Below are positions 51,301 through 61,610 of a DNA stretch of 64,000 bases, piece by piece. Both the position numbers and the translations under genes were made by a program. Below the pieces are notes generated by a model that was not told the origin of the DNA, did not search any database, and worked only from the letters and a program-made list of their open reading frames with translations. Position 1 is the stretch's first letter. Each line of letters starts with the position of its first letter. This DNA is from Takakia lepidozioides (Eukaryota; Plantae; Bryophyta), in contig CM060733.1 in assembly GCA_030704615.1 (NCBI GenBank), positions 4,154,001 to 4,218,000 on the forward strand, given 5' to 3'.

Positions 51301-54013
51301 CTGTGTCTGTATTATTCAACAACGACAATTTGAATTTACATGGATTGGGAGCTAAGTAATTGGTTTCTTTTTGGTATTTTTGTGAATGGCGTTGACGCCA
51401 TTCACATACAGTTGTGTTGTGAGGTCCTTAGTGATGTTCGTTATGAATGTGCATTGAGTTTTCTGGAGGGTTCCTTACTCAAGTTTATGATTTCCATCCT
51501 TGGATTTTGCTTCATTTGAGGAATAATTAGGCTTCATTAGTGAATGTCGTGACGACATTCACTTCTATGTCTGTGTCATTCCAAAACGATAGTTTGCATT
51601 CACCTGGATTAGGGTGTATTTACAGTATCATGAATGGAATGTTTTAATGGCGTTGACGACATTCACATCTGGAGCAGTCGTGTGGTCCTGAAAGGTCCTT
51701 GGAGCAGTTCTCAGAGCCATTTCAATCTATGTTTTTTTCATTCTGTTCTACTTGCATCTTACTCACTGAGCGCTTTTGTGGGTTGGGATTTATCTCCTTT
51801 TTTTCAGGTACACGAAATATGTGCTTATGGAAGGAAATCACCTGAGCGGAATTCCAGACTATCTTGACATGTGGTCGGACCCTGCAAACGATCCAACCAT
51901 GTATACTGCAGGGATATTGAAGGACTGGAGTCCTTCTCACTTCAGAGACTGTGGGTGGTACCTTGACTGCCCACCGGAGCACACGACCTTTCAAGAACAG
52001 CATATGAAATACTTGAACAATAACGCTGAGATGCTGGCGCCTTTGACTGATGAAGAGTACCAACGAAACATAGCAACATTGGCTGCCAAGGAGCCTGATG
52101 CTAAGGGAACGCTGCAGAAGAGAAAGAGGGCGGGCCGCAAACCAAAAGACAAGGCTGTTGATGTCATAGCCATCTCACCAGCAAAGCCAAAGGACAAAGA
52201 CAAGTCCAAAGAGAAGGAAAAGGACAAGGGGAAGGAGAATGAAAAGGAGATGGGCAGGACTTTACTGCTGGAAGATATACCCGCACTCTTCAGTGCGTGT
52301 TCGATGCCAAGCCACACCCTTCCCGTTCTGATTCAGCAGGAGAGATGAAAATTGTTAATGAGGGTTGGCTTTCGATGATGCAGAGTCGAAAGAGAGGATA
52401 CACTGGGGTGCCATCCCCTACCTGGGACAATATAATCTCATTCCTCAATCTGGTGAGAATTCCAGTTTCTTTCTTTTTTCTCTGAAAGTTTCGTTGGCAG
52501 TATTTCAGTCTCGTTCTTTGAAAACATTCTTGCCATCGTTCTTATAAAAACATGTCTGTTGCAGGAGAGCACAGGTCCCACCTTCGTGTGCGGTGTGCAG
52601 AAAACTTATGCGGCCGACATTGTCATTCTCGATATCCCGGATGGCCAAGCTATGCCAGAAGTTCTTCCAAAGGGCAAGACGCCAGGCTGGAACAAATTCG
52701 AGGACAACTACTGGAGTTGGGTATTCGGGTTCTGTAACAACTTCCTCTCTGATGCAGGGACACTTCTGCTTTTTCAGTCATGTGACAATGATAGTCGTCG
52801 GGCATTGGCATCATACCTCAAGTCTTCAGGGTTTGAAGTTTTGCGCACATGGAATTGTGTGAACAGCCTCTACCTTGTGAAAGGGGGTTTCCCTGGTCAG
52901 CTGGTATGCCGTCTCCCTTCTGCTTGTGCTTTCATCATGAGTTTCAATGTTCTCTGCAGCTCCACTCTAGTAGAATGTGTTATGATCGACACCGATCATC
53001 ACCGATTCATGATTTTTTTGTGTCTGAGTTCTGAATAGCCGATGTACACACTTCCACTATAGATTGTGTTTACCACACTAACCTGCTATCTTTGGCAGAC
53101 GAGGATGTTCGAGGCGATCTGCCTGCGGAGGATTCGCACCTCAAAGACACCATCCTCCATCCGCAGCTTTGAGATTTCTGACCAGGGTTGTTTCGTCAAC
53201 CCCCCCTATGAGCCCCATGTCGATGACATTTTGTACAACTTCATGCAGTCCAGTCAGACTCTGCAGAGACCAGATGGCACTCCCTGGAGAGGTGCAAAGG
53301 AAAAGTCCCCAGCGTTCATGCAAATACTGCTGAGTCATGCAGCCACCGCTCTGCACGGGTGGTCGATCTTTCTGTGTCCACAGGTTCGTTTTTCCCTTCC
53401 AAATTGGTTTTCTTTCAACAGTTTCATCTGCTTAAATCCCCCCCTCCAAACTGTTCATGTTCTCCTGTCTGGTGCAGGAGCAACTTACCATGCATGCAAG
53501 GCAGGCGGAAGAAGCCTTTTTGGCATGGAGGGTGATTCTGACTCTACAACACAATGCTCCTCCCCCTTTTGTCTGGCTCCACTTCAGGCACACAGACTGA
53601 TCGGATTCAAATTCGAAATGATGACGATCCTGAAGATAAGCAGGTCGACAACGATTTTTTCATGTGAGTAAGTGCTAAACCTCTTTGGGAGTCATACTCA
53701 ATTTCTCAATAACATCAAAGTTACAGTAATAACTTTTTCAAGCTGTCTTTCAGGAAAGGCAGCGGTGGATCTTCAGGAGATACAGTCATTTCTGGCGAGT
53801 CTGTTTTCGACAGCCCCTTTCCAATTTTCTACTTCCTGTTTATGCCGAAGCAATGGCACTTCACACGGCCGAGTCCTATCCCCTGACTTTTTAGTGGCCA
53901 GCCGTAGGTGTATCCAGCGTGGGTCCGGTGTTCTAAAATACTTAGACTTAGATGCAGAGGAAGCGGGGATACATTGTACTGACTCTGAGTCAGACAGAAC
54001 TGTATTCTTTTAA
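48353..54013 (+). pseudogene. ParB/Srx-domain plus beta-class N4/N6 DNA methyltransferase-like gene, copy 1 (spliced, frameshifted as assembled)
   Basis: 'RMISMPVVRP' and 'MFYVWDGNHRLLAW' (~49900-49940). MTase fold: 'ADIVILDIPDG', 'FLSDAGTLLLF', 'WRGAKEKSPAFMQILL', 'VVDLSVST|GATYHACKAGGRSLFGMEGD'. Exon structure parallels copy 2. Confidence 0.75.
50953..51666. repeat. Intronic array of six palindromes GTGAATG(T/G)CGT-TG-ACG(A/C)CATTCAC in three ~270-320 bp units
   Basis: Copies at 50953, 51072, 51273, 51381, 51539 and 51646, with two alternating types of flanking context. Confidence 0.9.
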
Positions 54014-54780
54014 TTTTCATTTTCATACTATCTGGAAAACGTTGAATCCCCTTCCTCCACCGTAGTTGTTCCTTTAGAACAAATAATAATCACAGAATCA
54101 ACTTTCATTTAAATTGCAATATGTATGAATCCATCTCACAAACCTCCCTGACTCTTCTCATATCCATTGTGCATTCATCTACAGTGTATTCATGCGTGCT
54201 CCATTCATGAATTTTTTCCTTTATTCAACATCCATTGTACATTCATCCTCTGTACTCTTTAATCCACCCCACAAACCTTCCACACTCATTTCATATACGT
54301 TGTGCATTCGTCAAAAGTTTTGGTCATGCATCTTCCTGTCATGAATTTTTGTCATTGCTCAACATCCATTATACATTCATCTATTTTACTCTTATCCATC
54401 CCTCATTCATCCATCTACATTCATTTTTCACACTCATCCATCTGTTTATCATCCAACTGTACATTTATTCATCCTTTATTCAATGCCTTTTATTATGTCG
54501 TCGAGCTTGTTTCCGCGGTAAAGGGTGCCAATCCGCGGGAATACACTCCACTTCTTTTTGGGCGCGTGGTGACGCGGCCTTCACGTGTGATGACGTGGAG
54601 TGAGCCCCGTGATGTGGCATTTGCGCAAGGTGACGTGGCGTGAGCGCAGTTGCGCTCACGTGACCAGGCTCACGCCGAGGCATCCCTGGAAGGCAAGTTG
54701 TAGTTTTGTTTTTTTTCATGACCTGCACTTAGGCATATGCGCCATCACATAAGCCCCACCAAGCTGCTCCTAATCTAGCA

Positions 54781-55800
54781 CCTCCGCCGGCGCAGATGCC
54801 TAAGTCACTTCAACTCTCACAAGTTTGCGAATCTCCACACATACAAACAACCGTCTCCGCCGGCGGAGACAGCTCATTCCCCTTGGTTTTTTCTGATGTT
54901 TGGAAGGGCTGGGTTGCCACATCCGCCGGCGCATACCGTTGGAGCTGGGATGCTCACATGTCTCAGGAAGTGCTCCTCTACTCCCATCCCGTTTATTTTT
55001 TTGCATGCGCATACGTTGCTGATGCTCCGAGCGGGTTGGGGTGGCGTATCTGCCGGCGCATACCTGTGCAACAGGGCTGCTCAAATGTTTCAGGAAGTTC
55101 TCCCCTTTTCCATCTCCTTTGTTTTTCCGCATGCTCAAAAGTTGCTGATGCTCCGAGTGGGCTGCGCTGGCATATCCGCCGGCGCATACCCATTGAGTAC
55201 ATTTTTTTTTGCTCAGCTCATAGGTTTCAGGAACCTCCTGCAAGCGTCTCCGCCGGCGGAGACACTTGGAGCTTGGTTTTTTTTGCATATTCCCTGTATT
55301 ACGGAAGCTCCAAAGCGCCAAGGCTGCCACCTCTGTCAACACAGACCCATGCAGCAGGGCTGCTCACATATTTCAGGAAGTTTTCCCCCCCTTCCATCTC
55401 TTTTGTTTCTCCGCATTCTCATAAGTTGTTGATGCTCCGAGCGGGCTGGGCTGCCATATCCGTCGGCGCATACCCATTGAGCACAATCTTTTTTTGCTTA
55501 GCTCCTAGGTCTCAGGAACCTCATGCAAGCATCTCTGCCGGCGGAGATGCTTGGAGCTTGGTTTTTTGTTGTATATTCCTTGTGTTACGTAAGCTCCAAA
55601 GTGTCGAGGCTGCCACCTCTGTCGGCGCAGACGCTTGGGGAACCTTCCCTATTTTGGTTGATCACAATATTCAAGTATCTCAAAGCTTCTACGTTGCCAC
55701 CTCCACAACTCCACATGCTTCCATAGGCCTAGTTTGATCTTTCAAGGTGCTCCTGTATGTTTGGCTACAACCTCCCTTCCATGGTATGCGCCGGCACATA
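54781..55800. repeat. Tandem repeat (~285-bp units with ~127-bp subunits) built on CGCCGGCG palindromic cores
   Basis: 55091-55346 aligns with 55374-55632. Perfect palindrome GTCTCCGCCGGCGGAGAC at 54853 and 55246. About ten exact or variant cores. Confidence 0.9.
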
Positions 55801-56113
55801 TGCTTGGAGCTCCTTGAGCAAAAATTTCTTCAAGGGCCTCAAATCTTGTCAAATTTTGAGTTGGTTGCACATATGTGTCATATGCGCCAGCGTAGGTGGT
55901 CAGAGGTCCTCTGTCAGGATGCTCAAGCCTGTATTTTGCTCCAAGTTGTAAGCTTTGAAAGACAAGGATATTCATGGAATTAGTTGACTATCCAAATTCA
56001 TTTGTTTTCTTCATGCAACCATGACACTGAATTGCTCTTGTTACATATTATACATTCACACATGTGCTCTTCTCATGCACTGACATCTTGAACTGTTTTG
56101 GTCTATGGAATTA

Positions 56114-59100
56114 GGAAATTACTACTACAACTGAAGCTGTGGAGGCCGGGACACTTGCAACCATTATTGACGACATTGATGCAGGGAATTGGGGGCAGAT
56201 GAGTATGAAGAGGATACAACATCTAGTGATCCTCTTTCTCTAGATGCCAAACAGACAATTATTCTGGAAAAGAAACAAGATTTGAATGTAACTTTCAGGT
56301 CCCTCCTCATTGAGGATGGAGTTATGGACATTCCATTGTGTCGCATGATTTCTATGCAGGTTGTTAGGCCTGCCCTTGCCAACGACATCCTAAAGCTTAG
56401 AGGAGACTTCTATTCTGGATACCATCCAGGAGCAGCCGTGTTCTATGTTTCTGTTGAGGGGATTGATGGATCTACTATAGATGTAGGTCCTGATATCATC
56501 TCTACATGGGATAGTCATTGGAAAACAGTCAATGATGAGTTTGAGAAGTATCTTGAGTCCAAGCCAAAGTTGCATCATCTTTGGGGGAAGATGTTTCATG
56601 TCTGGGATGGGAATCATAGGCTTCAAGCATGGTATCCCTATATCAATGAAGTTCATGGGGCCAACTTGTCAAGACATGTCTATGTGACAAGTTGGGTGCT
56701 CAATGCGGACATTGAAAATCGTGGTTCCCTCAGGTCCATCATGGATGGAGTGAATGTGTGAGTTTCCTTTCTATTCTTCATTTACTTTCATGTTCAATGT
56801 TGTCATGTTCTTGCTCAATGGATGTACATATATACATCTTCTTTCTAATAATCATATTTTATATGTGCAGGGCAACACAGAGGGCATATGTTACATCCAA
56901 ATTTGTGCACTTGGTTTGCAAGGTCAATATGATTGGCCTTACACCTGTCTCTGAATGGAAGAATGTATTGAGGAAAGAGCAATACGACGAATGCATCAAG
57001 AAAGCAGGAAAGACTTGGTATAACCTGACAGTCCATGCAATGACAGAGATTTTGTATAAGGTAACATCATGTCTTAACCAAGTTTCATTCTTTGCATCCA
57101 TAGACAAGATTCACCTCTGGTTCATGTTATGAACTGTTTTGGTTCTTTTGGCAGCATGATATTGTTGAGGCCCAACGCATGGCGGGGGAAGCTTACAAAC
57201 TTGCTGAGGGGCCAAAGAGTCAAGAGGGCCTTGAAGATACAATGAGACAGGCTGGATTGAAAGCAAGGGAGCAACACAAGAGTCAACTTGTGAAGTTGCT
57301 TCCTATTGCTGATCCAACCCTTGGAGAGGGGTTTCTCCAAGAACTTAAACTGCATTGGTCACGTGTAAAGGCAGGATCAGAGGAAATGACCCAAGAGAAA
57401 ATGGTGAACATTGCTACCGCCCGGGTGGATCCTGAAGAAAAGGTGGAATGGCTACATATATGGAATGGAGACCAAACACTTCACGATCGTAATTTTTTTC
57501 CACCCGGGCCTATCAGTGGGCCAACACTTGATCCTTGGCTGAATAGAAGGACTTTTTGGTGGCAGGTACATATACAATCACTATCTTCTCAATGCAATTA
57601 ATTCATTTTGTTGATGATACATTAACATAGTTATTTAACTGACTGTATTTTTTGGCAGCTTCGCAAGGTTGCCTTGGCTCAGTTTGCCTTGTACACCACT
57701 CAGCTTGGCCAATTTCATGTTGCCTTGGAGGAAGGAGAGAGTGAGAGTCTGGGAGACTACATGGATACATGGAAGATGACTCATTTCAATGAGTTGTTTC
57801 ATAGAGAGTTCTCATTGCCAAAGGGGCCATTCAGAGGCAATGATTGGGAACAACAAACAGGTGGGGAGAAGGTGGTGAGACGGATTTTATTCAGGTACCA
57901 TCTTTCCATTGCATTGTACATGGATAGTGTATACACCTTGTAAGTCAAAAATGTCTATGCTTCAAGTATTTTTCTAGTATATTGGCATATACATGTTTCT
58001 TAATGTGCTTGTTCAATTGTTGAACAGGTTGCATAAATATTTGTCTCCACAATAACTTTGAATGTGTTTCTATTTTAGGTACATGAGATTTGTGCTTGTA
58101 CCGAGTGATCGACTTAAGGCTGAGCCCAAGTTTCTGATGGCCTGGAAGTTTGGTGCTCAACAAGCTTCCATGTACACACCTGCAATTGAGGAAGATTGGG
58201 GTGTGGAACACCGGGAAGGGGGGGGTTGGTATTTGGATATGCCCAAGGGTACTATCCCCTATGCAGAAATGGGACTTCATAAGGAATGTGTTCGCATGCA
58301 GTCAGTGAGTGATGAAGGGGGTATCTCCACTGAAGTCCCTGTTCTTGATCTGGAGCATGCAGAACAGATTGCTACACAGGCGGCTGACGCTGTAGCCCAA
58401 GTGGTCCCTGCCGTTGTGGGTGTACCAAAACGCAAATCACGAAAAAGAAAAGGTGCGGATGTCAATGCAGGTGTGGCCCCCAATGCAGGTGTGGCTTCTA
58501 TTGCTGGTCCTATTGGTAGTTCTTCACATCCTTCAAATCAGTTGGTTGTAGTGCCTGCACCTACTACTCGAGGAAACAAGCCAAAGGCAGGCGAACATCC
58601 TTACAGTGCAGTGTCATTTTCTGGTGGTGCACCTAGCATGTATCGCATGAAGATCATGCCTACTCATTTCATTGATATGGTGGAGGCCTCAAGTACATCT
58701 CCTGATGCGACCTTGAAAGAGCTCATGGAGTTCTTAAAAAATGTGAGTTTCCCCCAACAAACAAACTTGAATGTAAGGAATTGTTCGATGTTTTTATATC
58801 CTCATCATCCGGCTATTGACTCCTACATTTTCTATATGTTGTTTGCAGTTGCCAGGAACTTGGTCTAGTGTTGTGGATGGAAAAAGCGTGCATGTGGCTG
58901 TGGACATGATCATCGTGGACTGCCCAACAGGAATGCCTGTACAGGGCTGTTTGGATGGTGTACAGGTTCCTCCCTGGTATGCTTTTGATAAACGGTATTG
59001 GGAGTATGCATTCTCCATTGCTAATGACCTGTTGGATGACAATGGATGCTTGGTGTTCTTGCAGGGTTCCGATGATTCCTTTGCATTGGAGCTCTTTTCT

Positions 59101-60266
59101 TACTCCAGGGGCAGCTCTATTTCCGTATTATCAAGAAAATATACTTGCATCAATACCACCCCTCTACACACTCAGACATGAAAGGTAAAAATCATCCCTC
59201 TTCAATATCTCATTGTTTGATGTTTCATCTTCCTACTCTCATACATATTATTAAACCATCCGGGTGCACTGTTTTTGTGGAAATGGCACGTCTAACAGAC
59301 CATGTTCTTCCACGCCCATGTCCTCACCAAGCAAGGAGGACTATTCAAACTGCGTGAGTCTGGCAAAGTTGTGGACCCCCTTGCAGACCCTGTTGAGTTG
59401 GATGCCATCTACAACCACATTCCAGATGTTGCACTACCCATGCAAACTCCTCAACAAGCCTGGAGGGGTGCGCGAGACCGTAGTCCCGCCTTCATGCAAG
59501 TGTTGTTGGAGACATGCTCACCTCCTGGCTCCCGCATTTTGGATCTCACAGCTGGCACAGGTTTGCATTGGTCTCCATTTTGTAATTAAAATCTTCTGAG
59601 CTGATTCATGATCATTAACTGTTATCCGATATAATATCATCATTGCATGTTTTTTTCCTGCAGGTTCTACATTTATTGCTGCCCGCGAGTTTGGACGTCA
59701 CATATTTGGTCTTGAGGGGGACCAGACGTTGTATGCAGCACGTCTCTCTGCACTTCAAAATACTCAACCCGTTTTGGTTTCATCTGTGGTAACTCCAACC
59801 ATTCAACGTCTTGTGAGTTTGTTGGAACCCCCCGCTCCTAAGGTGGCGCGCAAGCTTGGTCTTCATCTCGGCAGTATTTCCTAGTGAGTATGTCTCACCT
59901 CCATTCCCTTTGTTGCAATCTCTATATTATTTGCAAAGCAAACCATTCCCATTTGATTTGTTAACATAAGTATACATGTATGTGTGATGCAGTGATGGGA
60001 TTGTGCGGACCATCTACGATAGTCTACCCCAAAGTCCTCTTTCATCGTTTTATCTACCTTCGTATGCCGAGTCCCAAGCTTTGCATTCAATACATCAACA
60101 ACGTGATGTAGGTCTTTCCAATGATCTGTTGTTTGACCGAAGAGCAGCTATTGTTGGACAATCCGTGGATAGGTTGCGTAGAGTTGAGGCTTTCATGGAT
60201 GTGTATGCCTCTGAATCACAGGCTTATGACACGGATGATGAAGTATCAGCTGATGATGTTATGTAG
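56114..60266 (+). CDS. ParB/Srx-domain plus beta-class N4/N6 DNA methyltransferase-like gene, copy 2 (about 9 exons, near-intact, TGA at 59179-59181)
   Basis: 'IPLCRMISMQVVRP' and 'MFHVWDGNHRLQAW'. Motif IV-like 'AVDMIIVDCPTG' and 'LLDDNGCLVFL'. Motif X-I-II 'RSPAFMQVLLETCSPPGSRILDLTAGT|GSTFIAAREFGRHIFGLEGD'. GT-AG introns. Confidence 0.8.
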
Positions 60267-60625
60267 GTAATTAGAAATTACATATACAATACATTGTCCT
60301 CATTGTCAGTCCGAATTTTTTGTTATTTTTTATGATACATGTATTTCTCTCTAGTGTAAGGTAAAACAAATGGGGCAAATGACATGGTGTTGAAATCAGA
60401 TTTCATGTTATCTTCCTGTCATTTGATTTATCTATGTAATAGTTTGTACATAGATCTCTACTGCATTTTATAGATCCCTTTACCTTAATGCAAGTTCGAC
60501 ATGCACTTCAGCACTATCAAATTTCATCATTAGTAAGATCAACCCTTATGAGTATTGTGGCATGTTATGTACACATAGGGTGACTATCTTTATCTCATTA
60601 GTGTTTCATTTCATTAGTGTTTCAA

Positions 60626-60698
60626 GTCTGAATGGGTAGTGTAGTGGTATGAACTAGGCTTGATACCCGATAGGTTGTGGGTTCTATCTCTGATGGAC
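60626..60698 (+). other. tRNA-like Pol III promoter sequence (SINE-head-like)
   Basis: A-box-like TAGTGTAGTGGT and B-box-like GGTTCTATCTC at tRNA spacing. Degenerate stems. Confidence 0.35.
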
Positions 60699-61610
60699 AT
60701 TATGTTTTTGTAAAATAAAAATGTTTCAGAAGATAGATATATAGATACTGCAAAACCTATGTAACAAGCTCCCTAGCATTGTCAAGCTCCCTAACATTCC
60801 CTTAGCATTGCTCCATTCTGAACTTCAAACTAGACTCCCACCATTGGAAGAGCCCGTACCTTCACCATTTGTATCTAACAAGGAGCCGTGCCTCGTCACT
60901 TTTTAATTTTTTGACCTTTTTTCTCATGTTGGAAAGCCATAAAAGCAACATGTTCCTCTCCCATTCCTACACTCACCCATGTGGAATAATAATACAATGA
61001 ATATGGAATATTCTATATAGAATATTCTTATTCCATCCTTTGATATTTTGACTATGGACCCTAAGATTAGATGAATCACAATTTTATTTTATTTTTTGGG
61101 TACCCTTATTTAAGTGTTGTGCATATAAAATTGTTCCTATGCATATCTAAAATTTGTATGCACGCATACATTCTTCCATATGCATGCATTTGTGTGCGCA
61201 TATAGTATAGGCTACCTCATAACATTCATCTCATTCATCTCATTCATTCATCTCATAGAAAGTGTAGTCATAACAAATTGTGCAAAACAAGATTGATCGA
61301 GCAAAAAAGATTGTGGCGGACGTAGATCAATGTGACATTGGAAAAAATGCAGATTTCGATGGCCTTCATTGCCAATAACCAGCACGAAGCCATCTGCAAG
61401 TCCACCTGGTTGGAACACAAACATGTATTGCAAAACAAGATTGAAATCAACTATTGATTGCAAAACAAGATTGAAGATTGATCTCATTCTAAGAAAATGT
61501 TGTCATTAACTAGCACGAAGCCATCTCCAAAGTCGGATACACTTCAGATTTTCATAACAATGACATGACATAATAACCGGCAGAGTTGCAATGCAAATCC
61601 CGACTACATC

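Larger units (their letters stand above)
43497..54686. mobile_element. Mutator-like element B (~11.2 kb): imperfect TIRs, transposase on minus, ParB-MTase cargo on plus
   Basis: The left end 'ggcgtgagc...cgtgagcgc...gctcacgcca' (43506-43565) aligns with the reverse complement of 54625-54676. The ends enclose a divergent gene pair. No convincing TSD. Confidence 0.65.

Noticed and set aside
50953-51666. CRISPR-like array
   Set aside because: The spacers are 80-180 bp and homologous to each other, there are no cas genes, and the context is a eukaryotic intron.
53198-53209. NPPY tetrapeptide in cargo copy 1 as the true catalytic motif IV
   Set aside because: It is not conserved in copy 2 (DPLA) and lies in the variable region. 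The 'DIVILD.P' strand fits motif IV in both copies.
43467-54700. AGGCAAG(C/T)TG as TSD of element B
   Set aside because: The left copy is about 20 bp outside the inferred terminus and is mismatched, so it is not convincing.
54796-55737. 313-aa ORF and overlapping ORFs
   Set aside because: These are by-products of a GC-rich tandem repeat with no recognisable protein features.
48353-60266. Bacterial or phage contamination as the source of ParB-MTase
   Set aside because: The genes have many GT-AG introns at shared positions and are embedded among plant transposons contiguous with plant genes.
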